The notes beneath the pieces are model-generated. The model worked only from the letters and a program-made list of their open reading frames with translations, was not told the DNA's origin and ran no database searches. Position numbers and translations under genes: made by a program. Positions 1 to 14,658 of a stretch of 64,000 nt of DNA are shown in pieces (the first letter of the stretch is position 1; each line of letters begins with the position of its first letter). The DNA is from Eledone cirrhosa (lineage: Eukaryota): contig OZ024740.1 in assembly GCA_964016885.1 (NCBI GenBank), positions 393,886,001-393,950,000 on the forward strand, in the 5' to 3' direction.

Positions 1-41
1 TCTTCTTCCTGGTTATGTCAATATTTATAAAACAAACTTTG

Positions 42-102
42 TATTTTTTCTGATGAAAGCGTACCAAAGTTTTGGTACCCTTGAAATATATATAATAGAA
101 TA
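42..102 (+). ncRNA. Minimal type I hammerhead ribozyme (Penelope-like pLTR/retrozyme type), family B
   Basis: Stem I 5' tatttttt (42-49), core CTGATGA (50-56), stem II aagcgtaccaaa/tttggtaccctt (57-82), GAAA (83-86), palindromic stem III atatatat, predicted cleavage after AUA at 94, and stem I 3' atagaata (95-102; one U-U mismatch). Confidence 0.75.
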
Positions 103-231
103 AATATGGTTTTATAACTATAGTTTCCATTTATTTAATATCATTGTATATATATATATATATATATATACAATGATATTAAATAAATGGAAACTATAGT
201 TATAAAACCATATTTATTCTATTATATATAT
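86..231. repeat. Inverted repeat (~61-bp arms) of the family B tail around a (TA)n spacer
   Basis: 86-146 and 171-231 are reverse complements, and the spacer is pure (TA)n. Confidence 0.9.
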
Positions 232-257
232 AAGTGTATATATATATAGAGATATGA

Positions 258-588
<331 letters not shown>

Positions 589-1089
589 CGTCTTGATGTG
601 GGAGCTAAGTATATGTTTGTTTATTCCTTTACTTATTTGCATAGGTAAGTATATACTACCCGTATGTTTTGTGAAGGTACGTATACCTTCTCGTACGTAT
701 ATTTGATTGTTTTGGCGTATAATTTTATATATTCTGGTACATAGGGTTTGGCTATGTGTATACGGGAGTTTTTGCGTCTGTGTGAGTATGCAGGTTCGTT
801 CGTATGATGGGTGTGTGTATATGTGTACTTCTTGTTTTAGTTGACTTACGTCTCCGAACATTCGTGTATTTATATGTAGGTATGTGTGTGCGCTTGTTAT
901 ATACGTATTTATTTATTTATATACGTTTATATAATTATTTATTTATTTGTATACACGCACACACACATATTTATATGTGCGTGGTTTTGTATACCTATGG
1001 TAAGGTTTTGCGTATGCTTGTGTATGTACGTATTTGTTTGCGTGTATGTATTTATTTATTTTTATTACTTCTGTATTGTATTTATTTAC

Positions 1090-1258
1090 TTTGTTCTTAA
1101 CTCTGTAGCGGAGATTCATTTGGTCTCCTAGTTAGAATTTTAGTCTACGACTTCTGCTATACCATTTACGTGGTTTTGTCTTTGCGTGCTATTGTTCTCC
1201 ACGCTCCACATATGACGTATTATCTTCGTTTTTTCGTTCATTGCCAGAGAACGTCTCT
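1090..1258 (+). repeat. Interspersed repeat also present (tandemly duplicated) at 53645-53945
   Basis: Shared sequence ctagttagaattttagtctacgacttc...accatttacgtggttttgtctttgcgtg...gtattatcttcgtttttt. Confidence 0.75.
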
Positions 1259-3026
1259 ATGCGCCACAGGGCTGCAGGTAAATGCGTCCGTAGGCGGTAT
1301 GATGGTGATGATGGGATTACTGAACCAATGAAAAGGCCGAAATAACAGGATGCTAATATGTACTGCAGATAAAGAACAGCTGAGATGTTTGAACACATAC
1401 AAAACATATCTGAAGACCCTTCGAATGCAGAGTCGGGTTCGATCTGTAACATATCTTGCCTTGAGCTGATCGACAGAGAAACATATGTAATATGTTAATA
1501 AATTGTGATTTGATGCAACACTGATACCTCGTTCTTTAGTGAATGAATCAGAGAGGAAAATGCCTGTTTATCTTTAGTAAATGTAAATTCTAAATGGAAG
1601 GCGGGACAACACAAACAACGTTCCCGTCCATCAGTTACTCGTAGCGGGTGATCTCAATTTTTCATTGGTAAGAATAGAAAACCATATGCCAACCACAATG
1701 CCTGTTGCTGTATATAAATTGTGAAACAAAACGAGGATCAGGCAAAAAGAAACAAACAGTCGACAAAAAATAAAAAAAACTGTCCACGTTTAAACAGCTT
1801 TGAGTTTCTCATAAACAGTACAGATAAAACAGACAGAAAAATAAACGAACAACTTTTTTTAATACCTAACCGTACAACAATTTTGGTCAGCCCGAGTCTC
1901 TATGGCAGGTAAAAAATTATATTTTTTTCTCTCTGGGGTGTAAGGAACTTTCCTTCTTCTCAATGCCTTGTCCCCTATTTCTCGTCTGACAAAGGAAGTT
2001 AACCTCAAAATCGCTATCTGGCTTTATATATATGTGTTGTTGTTTAGTCTTCAGTTTATTCGGATGGGGCAGACTTTTGATCAAAAGCGTTCCAGTGGTG
2101 ACCATTCAGTCCTGTCGTTTCAGATACAGTATATTTCAGACGACATTATACAATACGATGTACCATTTTTAAAGATGGCAAAGTGTAATTTCAGGGCGAT
2201 TTCGATACTATTTCTGACAGGGTGGTAACAACATAGAGACTCACTTGTTGGTGTTATTGTAATCCTTGTCATTGTTATTGTTCTATGTTCTTAAGTCAGC
2301 CCTCATCGAGATATTTTTACCGTTACCATTTTCTGTTTACAAGGGTTTATATATCACTCCACTATAAAATACATCGTCCCCTTTTTAAAATATTAGGATA
2401 TGATTTAAAGTAGACTGTTATATACGGCTTATCTCGTCTTGAAATTTTGTATTGGATATTTAATCGACAAATTTCGGGTTTTGGCTTTTCACAAAGCGAT
2501 ATGTTGAATGAATATCTTGTTTTTCTTTTTGTTTGTTTGTTTGTTTGTCTGTCTGTCCGTTTGTTTCTTTGATTATTTGTTTGTTTATTTTCTTTAAATC
2601 ACCCCCATTTATTTGGTGGTTTCACCTTCAACTACAAGAGGCAAAGGAGCCTCTGTGTAGCCATGTCTTCATCAAATACGCTCCACCTTCTTAAGAAAAG
2701 AGGAGAACACGTATTAGATAATCTACTTCCTATTTCTAGAGACAGACCAAAGTTCCCGCTTTCAGTGATATCTATGGTCTACTGAGTGTTCAATGGAGAG
2801 TTCCAAGTTCTTAGAAAAATAGTCAGACCAGCAAAGAGATGACAAACCAATATTACGTAAGATTTGAAACTGCCGCTTTTGGTGTGAGAACGACTGACGT
2901 AGAAACAGGTCTAACGAAGGTTATGTATATATGCTATTGGACAGGAAGGGAGTTAACTGGATATCTCTATGGGTAAATGTCCCTCCTCCTTTTCCTCCTT
3001 CTCATAACAAAAACAACAACAACAAT

Positions 3027-3207
3027 AATAATTGTTTCTACTTTAGGCACAATGCCAGTAATTATCCCAGTGCATTACTGGTACTTTATTTTATCGACCA
3101 CGTAAGGATGAAAGGCAAAGTTAACATCGCCGGGATTAGAACTCAGACCATAAAGAGCCGTAACTCTATGCTGCAAATCATGGCATCCGTCCCTCTACCG
3201 ATACTGC
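3027..3207 (-). mobile_element. tRNA-derived SINE (main family)
   Basis: Reverse complement of the consensus ggcagtatcggtagagg...gagttcaaatcccgccgaggttaactttgcctttcatccttacggggtcgataaaataaagtaccag...gtagaaacaattatt, which has A-box and B-box-like motifs. Confidence 0.9.
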
Positions 3208-3484
3208 TAATAATAATAATAATAATGATTTCATTTATTGGCCACAAGGGCCGACATATAGAGGACAATACAAAAGACTGGGACAGTGGGGCTTTACAGA
3301 AAAATCGAGTAAACAATATGAATCACAATAACAAAGTAACAATAACAAAGTAACAATAAAGTAACAATAAAATTACAACAAGAAAAAAACCTAGGTTTCG
3401 CTCAGTTATCCCACCAGTCCTGAACGACCCGACGCTTTGAGAGCACCCTGGAAGAACACCCCTCTCCTCTTCAAATTTACCTAC

Positions 3485-5398
3485 CTACAGCCGCATGACC
3501 AGAGTAGGCCCACTGTTACGGGCCATTCTCGCCACATTCTCCCACCTTTCAGCAAATGTACTGGAGGTCAGCACTTCTCTCTCCACCCTCACCTTCCTTT
3601 CCAAGTGAAACTTGAAAAAGTTGATGAGGGATTGGCCGAAGAGAAAAGTGTCTGTCTTCAGTCTTTTCAACCTCGTCCACCATACAACCTCTTTCGCTAC
3701 TGCCACCAGACAGAGGAAAATTGCCTGCCCTTCCTGGCCAAAAGAAGGCGGCGGGTCGATCATCACTATAGACTCGGCCGATAGCCGGATCTGTTCTACA
3801 CGCGACAATAGCTGTTCAACATAACTCCACAAGTCAGTAATGCACGGACACTGGACGAGTGCGTGCAGAACGGTTTCGTCGCTCTGCGCGCATCTCGGGA
3901 GGTCCGTCTGACAGCCCTTCCGTGCCTGTAGAGTTTATCTCGAACCGGCAGTGCCCCCCGGTAGCACTGCCAAGCGAGGGATTTTGGGAAATTATCCATC
4001 GTCCCCGGCTCGAAAGTCCTCCGGTACAGACTGGTTAGTTCGACTTCGTTGACTCCCAGAGCCTCTCCGAGTGCGTCGTCGCACTTGCCCACCACTAATC
4101 CTCTATAGAACTCGAGAGTGGAAGTTCCACTGACCGCATTGCACGCCTGGTAGAGGGCAGTGAGTGCCTGGCAACATTCCAGATGCCAGTCACCCAGTCT
4201 CGGTCTCTTCTTGACCCAGGACTGCAGCTCAGTCAAAGAAACGAGCTGCGGAAAGGCCCGTCTGACAAACGGTGACCACACCTTTTCACCGTTTAGGCAG
4301 AATATCTGGAGATGCCGCAGCCTCAGCGCGTGCCTGCGCATCATTATCCACGGCGTGCCCAGCCCTCCACGTAGAGGGTGCTGGCAGCAGATGGACCGCC
4401 TCACCAGCGGAACCTGACCCCTCCACAAGAATTTGAAGAGGAGCCGCTCCAAGATGGCGAGGCGCGAACGGGGGCAAGGGACGACGGTCAGACGGTAGTA
4501 GATGACGGACGCGATCGCCACCTTCGCCCGACCTTTCAAAGATAGCTTCATCCCAGCCCATTTCTGGGTGAGACTGGCTACCCTGCCCGTCACCTAATCC
4601 CAATTCTTATCCACCTGGAGGTCTGGCCCGACCCAAACCCCTAGCAACTTTACCGGTCCGTCCGTCCAGCGCCTAACGAAGCTGTTGGACAGCATGGACT
4701 TGCCTCTCCAGGTGCCGAGTTGCAAGCTCACCGACTTTTCCGGGTTAAGTTTTGCTCCCGTCAACCTTTCATATTCTTCCAATAAGTTGCCGACCACCTC
4801 GATTTCTGAGGTGTCCGACACCATCACGGTGATGTCGTCCGCATAAGCCGACACAGCCTTTCCGCGTCCCGGTTCGAGCGGGATGTCCTGCAACAGCTCC
4901 AGCTTCCGCAGTAAAAGCTTGAGAGTCAATACATACAGAAGGGAGGAGAGAGGGCACCCTTGACGGACCGATCGGGAGACCTGAAACGGTTCCGAGAGGT
5001 GGCCATTAATTTTGACTATCGAGCAGGTGCCGCTGTGCATTGCAGCGATCCAGCTTCTGAAGACGGGGCCGAAGCCTGCCGCCTTGAGGACAGCCTCCAG
5101 GTACCGATGGTCGACCCTATCGAATGCTTTCGATTGATCTAAATTGATCAGAGCCCCACTGAAGCCAGGTTTACACCCTACCCTCTCTATGATGTATCGC
5201 ATTAGGTGGAGGTTGCGTCAAGCCATCGAGGTAGGGACTAAAGTCCGCCACCATCTCTGACCCGCCACTTCCCCCGAACAACCGAGCAAAATGTTGGCGA
5301 AAGGCCTTACACATCCGCTTGGAATCGCTCAGCTCGTGTCCGTCTCGGTCCGTCAAAGACCGAATCGTGGTTTTGTTACCACGCTGCGCCTCTGCCAC
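3485..5398 (-). pseudogene. LINE ORF2 reverse transcriptase and C-terminal domain, with internal deletion
   Basis: Motifs LDQSKAFDRVDH, SVRQGCPLS, SAYADD, GAKLNPEKS, KLLGV, GGLG and ALPVRDKL. Stop at 4594 and frameshift near 3890. The N-terminal RT subdomains are deleted near 5214 (YLDGL is joined to NLHLMRY). Confidence 0.93.
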
Positions 5399-5404
5399 GC
5401 GGGC

Positions 5405-6493
5405 CTATCGAACAGCTTTGGTTCCCTCGTTTCTCAGAGCACGCGCCATAGCTCTGACAATGCAACCTTCGTGTTTCGCATTGAAGAAATGGTCTAATAC
5501 CATTCTCACCGCTAGCACGTCAGTTGCAATGCCACTACCAATAGCCTCGTCTAACTTATCTACCAACTCCCCCTCCTTTCTATTTTTCTCTAACGCTACT
5601 TCTTTGCTAAACTCTATCGACATTACTCTAATCTCTCTTTTGAGAGCCCCACACCATCTATTGTTGACGACTCCCCCTGTTAACTTTTTCTTAACTAAAT
5701 TGTTGACCTGGTCCCTGTAAGCCTTACGTGCCGGAAATGACATGTTTAGCTTCCAGTAACCAGGTCCTAACCTACGCGTCTTATCTAGGTCGACCATACA
5801 GATCACAAACTTGTGATCTGAATAGGCGACCGTTTCAAAACGTGGACAGCTTACACTATTTCTGTCTATTTTCCTAATGAATATCCTGTCTATATACGAT
5901 CTAGATGACCCTATGCGGTTAGCCCAGGTCCACACTGGCGCATTAGGGAAATTTAGTTGGTACCTGTCAGACAGTTGGAACTGGCTGATCAGGTTCTTGA
6001 GGCTTTTGCACTCCCCGCTCCTATCGGATACTCCCACACAGTCTCAGCGTGCGTCTAAGATGCCGTTCCAGTCCCCCGCTAACAGTAAAGGGCGAGACGT
6101 GCCCAGAAAGGCTTCCAGGCGTCTAAAGAAGTCCGGCCGTCCTGCCCCAGTAGGAGAATAGGCGGCCACCAGTCTAAAGGCACCACCTTCGTTATTGTTC
6201 ACGTCCAGGACCACCAACTTCCCGTCCGGGTCCCGGAAGATCGACCTTACCTCGAGATCCAGGCCTTTCCTAAACAGCACTGCCACCCCGCCTCCCATTC
6301 CCGGCCGGCTAACAGATGCAAAGATCTGATAGTCGTCGAAAATGGGGGCTAGTGCGCGCGTGTCGGAAATCCTGGTCTCGATGACGGCAATTACATCCAC
6401 TTCTAGAGACCTGAGGTCATTGAGCAGGTGACCCTGCTTCCTGGACGATCCCAGGCCTCGAACATTTAAATATCCTACTCTTAATACGGCCAT
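5405..6493 (-). pseudogene. LINE ORF2 apurinic-like endonuclease domain and linker
   Basis: Motifs YLNVRGL, IAVIET, GGGVAVLF, AAYSP, LAGDWN, SRSYIDRIF, YSDH and GYWKLN. In-frame stops near 6044 and 5405. Confidence 0.93.
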
Positions 6494-7067
6494 GTTGGCA
6501 GGTTAAAAAGAGAGAGAGGAAAGGTTTACTTACCTTCCGGGCTCTTGTGAAGGTCGGGTTGTTCGACCTCCATAGTTGGTGGGGTTTCCTTTGGGAACGC
6601 CTTTAAAAGTCTTGAAGTTGGTTTTACGTTCGGGGTTCCCACGTCCCGAAGAAAGCTGTCTCGTATTTCTTTGTATAATTCGATCGACATTTGTACCAGA
6701 ACCAAATCTTCCGGCACACGAAATGTGCTCGATTTAAAAATTTCCCCCTCTTTTTGTATATTTTCACTTCGTGCTACGAGGGCCATCAGTTCCTTGTTGG
6801 CCCTCCTGACGAGCAAGAAGTTTTGTATGTTTTGTTGGTGTGATTTTATTTGTTTGCGTGGCTGTGGTGGTGATTGTTTTGGTGGTGTTGTTTCGGTTGT
6901 GTCTGTGTTTGTTGTGAGTGCCGTGTCTGTGGTTTCAGATGTTTGTGTGTATATTTGTTCTTGCGTCTGTTTAGGTTGTTTGCGTTTGGGGGATTCTGGT
7001 GATGGTGATGATGGTGTTGATGTTGGTGTTATTGGAGAGATGTTTGCATGGGTGGTGTCTGCGTTTT

Positions 7068-8257
7068 TTATTGTGGGTGATTTTGTGCTTTGTTGAGTTT
7101 TTTTTTCTTTTTGTGTTTCCTTTTTTGTATTTTGGGGGATTTTGGTTTTCCCTCATCTTCACTACTGGTAGATGAGGGGTCTGTGTCTGTAAGTGTGTCT
7201 GTATGTATGTTTATGGTTTTATTGGTGTGTGTATTTTGGGGGGGAGGGGGAATTTGACAGCTTTCCTCGTTTCCCCCCTGGGTGATCAATGTTGGTGTTG
7301 GTCTTTCTATTGGTGTTGTTGGTGATTTTTCCGGTGTTGGTGTTGGTTCTGGTCCTCTCCCCGGTGTCGGCAGCAGTGGAGCCTTTCGACCCCTTGCCTC
7401 TTTCAGCAGTTGAGGGCAGAAGGCTCGCAAATGGGTTTTTTCCCCACAAACAAAACATTGCAGCCTTTTGCCTTCGGTCATAATGTGAATGACCGCCCCA
7501 TTCTGAAGGCGGATGTGGTCCGGGATTGTCTTCACATTCTCGGGCCTGATCTGGAGAAGGATCTCCAGGTCAACCCCGGACCAGTCCTCTCTGGCCGTTC
7601 TGGTCACTTCTATAGGGACGGTATTCGTCCCCTCCACAATCAAACATCCCAGAAGCCACCACATGTCAAGTCCTGGTGGGATTCTGGGAATGCGAAGATG
7701 GGCCGTTCTTTTTCCCATGTGGGAGGGGTACATTATGACCTTGCTGGTTTTGCAAGGATTCATAGCGTGTTTCATAGCGAGGGCTTCTGACTTGAACAAC
7801 ATCGAAATGGTGCCGTACTGTCTTCCCCTCGCTACATATTCGGTGTCTTCTCTCATGCACCTCAGCGCGACTTCGACATCTGCTTGTGGGATTAAAGCTG
7901 CCCTTTGGTTTGTGCTGAAATGCATCTAAAATGCACCGTTCTGCGCCCCACTGCCTCAATAGCTTCTACCGGGACAGTTAAGTTGGCCCAGGTTTGCTCT
8001 TGCTTGATGAGCTTCCATGCCTGGGCCAACTTTTCATCTTTGTTTGAGAGGTCCATGTTGAAGCATGGCCTCTTTTTTGCTGCTGTCGCAGCGAAAGTGT
8101 TCGTTTTGTTTTCGTTGGGGGTGTTGTTGTCGTTGTCGTTGTTCTTATTGGTGTTGTTGTTATCACTGTCGCTGTTATCATTGTTGTCTTTGTTGCCACC
8201 GTTGTTCTCGGTGCAGTTGGTATTGTTGGTGTTGGTGTTGTCGCTATTTGTTTTCAT
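7068..8257 (-). pseudogene. LINE ORF1 (gag-like), frameshifted near 7900
   Basis: ORFs 7892-8257 and 7068-7925. Zinc knuckle CFVCGEKTHLRAFC (CX2CX4HX4C) at 7416-7457, with an Asn-rich N-terminus and a Pro/Thr/Lys-rich tail. Confidence 0.8.
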
Positions 8258-9303
8258 GTTAGTGGTGTTGATATTGTTGCATTTGTCATTTTTTTTTTGC
8301 TATCTGTACTTTCGTTGTCGCTGTTACTGTCATTCTTTTCAAAATTAGAGTTCTCATTGGTATCATTGGTGTCTTTGTTTACATTGTTTGTGGTGGTGTT
8401 TGTGTTATCAATGTGTGTTAATTTCGCTGTAGCGCTCCTCTCAACTTCTACGTCGTAGTCGCACGACAGCAGACATATCGCTGGGGGGGCGTGGCTCAGC
8501 CATGTTTTCTTTTTCTCCGTAAATTTTTTAACATGTAAAAAAAGTTCAAAAGGCCCAAATATTATACTTTCCCCTTCACGGGGCAAAGTCTAAGGGCTCA
8601 TATCCCTTACATAACAAGAAATATTTAACAACAAATAATTTTAACAGGCAAATAAAGCGACTTACTGGGAGCGAGCAAAATACGTCCGCTTAGACCAATA
8701 ATAATAATAATAATAGTAACAACAATAAAACTCATCACCATCATCAATGAAATCATAACGGTTCTCTAGCTGTAACTAGCTGACACCTAGTTAGTAATTT
8801 GTCCTTCCCTTAAAATGAAAAATCGTTTAGAATTCATAAAAAGCAATTAAAGGAATGAATACAAAAAGCAAAAAGAAAAAGAAAAAATAGTTGGTTGGGT
8901 ATTAGTAATTTTACTCAAATGTCTGAATCCCTCGAGTATCACAAGTATCTCCAACACAAATTTACAGATCGTTCCACACATGAGTCTTGAAAGAATCATA
9001 AACATTTTTGTTGTTTGTCCCAGCTAAGACATTTTTGACAGTTTTGCGACACTGTGAGTTCCTTTCCCTGTGACATAAGAACCAACATACACATATACAC
9101 ATAGAGTTAACATTGGTTTCAGAAATCATCATTGATGTCAAAATTGTTAGACTCTGTATTATCAAGGTGTTTAGCAAAGTTCTTAAGTAAATTATCTTCC
9201 GTCATCTTATTGCCATAATTTCAATTGAATCTTCAGTACTGTATCTTTGGGTAAACTGCATACACCCACACATACACACACGCACCCCCCCACCCACACA
9301 CCC

Positions 9304-9334
<31 letters not shown>

Positions 9335-9532
9335 TGCATACACGCATGCGCACTCACACATACAAACCCTCTCTCATAACACATACAAACGCACTTAAAT
9401 GTACACACATCCACAGACACACACAGACATACACAATATGTAAAAACATGATCAACAAATTGATATTAACTCCTGGTATTTGATTTATATATGTGCATAC
9501 GTGCATATAATTACGTAGGAATACATGTATTC

Positions 9533-10745
<1,213 letters not shown>

Positions 10746-11899
10746 ATATCTGCATCTAGAAATATTACTGTTACCAGGATTAAAATACGTTACACATAGA
10801 ATCGTATTTCAGACATGATTAGCAATGAATTATTTGTTGAATTCATTCTAGCCAGCTACATACAATAAATTATCGTAGTTTGAGAGAATAAATCATGCAA
10901 CATAACTAATTCTGGGACCACTGTTAGTTACATTTACATAAATTCTAATAATAATTTTCTTTTTTCGTCGTTGCAAGCCTTGTTGCAGCATAATGGTAAT
11001 TACATTGGATATAATAAATCTGTCGCTGTTAAGACCACCTAACGAAAATCTCATTGCATTCCATTAGAATAGCTGAGTAATATATATATACGGTAACCAC
11101 TATTACCATAGTGATTTCTAACATGGTCAGAAGCGCCTAAATTTGGCAGGGAAGAACCAGTTGATTATATCAAATCCTAGGTGTTGATTAGTACTATTTT
11201 TATCGACCCTGGTAGTAGGAAAATGTATTGACTATCTTCGTGGCATCTCAGTATATAAGGACAGTAATAAAGAGTCGAAACTATACATATTCTGTCAGTT
11301 CATCACAGCATTCATTTCTAACATAGTGACAAGACCACATATTTAAAGAAGTGGTATAGTCGATTATCTCAACTCGGAACATGACCCATACTTGACTGAC
11401 CTCGAAGTAAGTAAATGATGGGATTTAAAATTTGAAACTAAACACTGTAAGTCTTTTCGTTCGATGCATTGGGGAATCTTATGCCAGGAAAGTCTTTGTT
11501 GACACCAACGACGATTGCAATAAATTAATTTACAGCATTTGGGTAAGTTGTTGTTTTTGTTCACCTCCAGGTCAGCCCTGAATAAGAAGTCACAGAATTA
11601 AAGACGTTTTACCATGATATCCCTCATTTATTCTTTTGATATTTGTTTGACAGAATGTATCCTAAATACATTAGCCAATGTATCAATTTTGAGACCATAG
11701 AATGTGATTTGAAGAAGCTTCTTCTAGCTGGTTGAGTGAACACACAAACTTTCTCTCGTTCATTCGGCTTGAAAAGTAATCGAGCGGCAATGTATAGTCG
11801 AGATAAAACCCCGTCTTGGTTTAATTCTAGAGGAACAGGTATTAACTTTCGGCTGTTTCTCCTAGATGAAAATCAACTAACCTTTATCCATAGTCCATA

Positions 11900-13230
11900 G
11901 TCCATCCATGTTGTCCAAGCTACACCCTGCGATCAAAATGCCTGTGCATATGTAAATTTCACTCACCTTGCCACGCACGCCTTTCACCTGGATATCAGAG
12001 ACAATAATTTCCAATTAATCGAACTCAAAGTTACGTCCCACTTATCCTCCGAATAAATTTTCTTCCTCTAACACATAGAATGCCTCTAATCACTAACTAC
12101 TCTTTCACTACGTGTCTTCCTAAATGGAGGACAACTATTTTACTTGTCCCTCTCTGCAGTTATTCTCCTCAGTGACTTCATTACTCACAACTCTTCTTGC
12201 CTCTCATATTGATCCTATACAAATGTTGCTGGTGCAGAAACTGAATTTTTCCCAATCAAAACTCTCTACGTCAGCTAGTTTCACCTCCTTCTAGATTTCA
12301 TGATCGATGCACAGATTACTGACCTCAACCTAACCTCAACAACAGTGCAAGAATCACTGCATCTAACGGGCCATCCGACCACACTGCTTTATTGCAATTA
12401 CCCAGCAAACATCAACATGCAAACATCGTCTCACTATTTCCAAACCCTGTGTCTAACTGGTCGGATTCTTGCCAGTTCTATGCTAACTATTACCAGTAAT
12501 AATTTGCTTCAACCTAGAGCCATTAGAAACATCATTTCTGCAAAGTCTTCCTAGATACAACACACAATCAAAATCACAGTTCCAAGTGTTGCACAAAGTT
12601 CATGTTTAGCTGCGCTACAACAATGCAGGAAAAGAACACAGCCTACAACACATAGAGAAAACTTCTCTCTCCTACAAATTGGATGGCTCGTATCCAGCTA
12701 AGTAGCTCCTTAGGAAGCATCCAAAACAAAAAGTATGCTTTCTTGCATCCCACACACCTCAAATACACCTGTCACCAAATTACAGCTATTCTTTTTTATT
12801 TCTTATTTCCATCTCTCAACTCTAATGATACTATAAACAATACTATGAGAATGAGAGCCTTCATATTTATTGCCTGCTTGACTCAAAAACCACAGTGCAG
12901 ACGCCACGTAAATCTACAAAATATCCCTTTTAATTTCATCAAATTCACTCACTACTCACTACCTTGCACACATACACACTAGGTCCGAAAGCACTCCCAG
13001 TGGTTTCAAACCAATAATGCAATGTCCTTTCGATTATCTACAAACCACGGAAGCTGGCCCGAACAACCAAACTTTTTCAATCTCTTTCTCACCCATATAT
13101 ATTCTGATCTATGGAAACACGATACAGTTTGTCCTATTTCCATAAGTTTTTTTTCCTCTGATTTTCTTAACTATGATCCTGCCATACTTCTAACATCGCA
13201 AAAAAGCAGCTAATAATAACCATCACATTG
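11900..13230 (+). mobile_element. Highly decayed LINE remnant (endonuclease region, CR1/L2/Jockey-like)
   Basis: CA-rich coding-like strand with remnants resembling LLGDFNxHN (attctcctcagtgacttcattactcacaac, ~12160) and DLxLT (~12320). No open frame remains. Confidence 0.45.
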
Positions 13231-13244
13231 AATCCTCCTTTCTC

Positions 13245-13392
13245 AATAATTGTTTCTACTTTTGGTCCGAGGCCAGCAATTACCCAGTGCATTACTGGTA
13301 CTTTATTTTATCGACTCTGTAAGGATGAAAGGCAAAGTCAACCTCGGCGGGATTTGAACTCAGATCGTAAAGGGACATAACTATGCTGGAAA
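13245..13392 (-). mobile_element. tRNA-derived SINE (main family), 5' truncated
   Basis: Matches the SINE consensus on the minus strand. Confidence 0.85.
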
Positions 13393-14149
13393 ATGTTATT
13401 GCCTTCGACAATAGCAACGTTTTCGACTATGTTTGACACGTAAACATTCTGGTAAAGCTGCACGATTATAGGCTTCATCCGTTTCTTGGTTCGATGGTTC
13501 TCTGTATGAATGCACCATTGCAGCAAAATGGCACACTATTATGAAAACCACCATACTGAGCTTTCTGATTAATCTAATTTTCAGTGCAAGACATAATCGC
13601 AACTAATTAAATATTATTAAAGATCGAAAGATTTTATTTATTACTGGTTTTAAGAGCACGATAAAATCATTGCCCTCATAAACTAAATTAGTGGGAAATA
13701 AATCTACAGCAGAATAAAAGTAAATAATCTCCACGAAGAAGATTAAAATGATTGACTAGTGACTATTTTTAATAGCTATTATAAAACTTATTGTAAAATT
13801 AATACCATAATTACTGGACTTTGTGAATCAATGTACAGAATGTGTATTTCTTCCATTGAATACTTCCAATCGTTGATATTCCTAAATACTATTGAATGCG
13901 TCCGTAAAATCCTTAATGTTTTAAATCGTGATTTCAAACTTCATGTTGATAATTGATATTACCAATGTGGCTGTCAAGATGAAATGAAATGGCTCATCTC
14001 ATATGAAAGCATGTATAAGGCTTGTTTGATTTCTCAACGGCAACATTATTATGGAGTTTATGTGGTTATCTAAACAGTATCAGTAGGAAGTATCTTGTAC
14101 ATTAAAATGCTAGTAAATATTAACGAAATCACTACTACGACACTCTTTT

Positions 14150-14658
14150 TATTTGATCTCGCTATCTTAAATTCAGTATTCGTGCCAACCCTTACCTATG
14201 GTCATGAATGTTGGGTAATGACCGAAAGAATACAATCACGAATACAAGCGGTCAAAATGGGGTCTCTCGGAAGGGTCTTAGGAGTAACGTTACTCGACAG
14301 AGTGCGTAGCTCGGAGATCACAGAGTCACTCCTGTAGAGCCGCTACTTCTCCGAATTGAGAGATCACAGCGCTGATACTATAGACATGTGGTTAGAATGT
14401 CTCAGGAAAGAATCACTGGACATATTTTACGGACCAAACCAGCCAGCAGGAGACCAAATTGTAGACCCGACAAGATGTTTGGATAACATCCATGAGCTCG
14501 GCTGGTCTCGCTTGGGGCCGCAGCTGGATCAGTTGGACACAATTGCTTCAGACAGAACCTACTGGAAGGCGTATTTGAGGAATCTACCTCCACGACCCTG
14601 ACAAGAAGAAGAAGAAGAAGAAGAAGAAGAAGAAGAAGAAGAAGAAGAAGAAGAAGAA
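14150..14658 (+). mobile_element. RTE-clade LINE 3' fragment with (GAA)n tail
   Basis: Translation PTLTYGHECWVMTERIQSRIQA...LGVTLLDRVRSSEI is typical of the RTE C-terminus. The stop at 14601 is followed directly by (GAA)n. Confidence 0.8.

Larger units (their letters stand above)
3210..8696 (-). mobile_element. L1/Tx1-clade non-LTR retrotransposon, near full length, inactivated
   Basis: 5' end near 8696 (ggtctaagcggacgtattttgctcgctcc). ORF1 has a CCHC knuckle and ORF2 has APE endonuclease, RT and a C-terminal region. The 3' UTR has AATAAA followed by an (ATT)n tail at 3210-3240. Confidence 0.92.

Noticed and set aside
3437-8348. Plus-strand ORFs overlapping the LINE
   Set aside because: These are antisense shadows of GC-rich LINE coding sequence.
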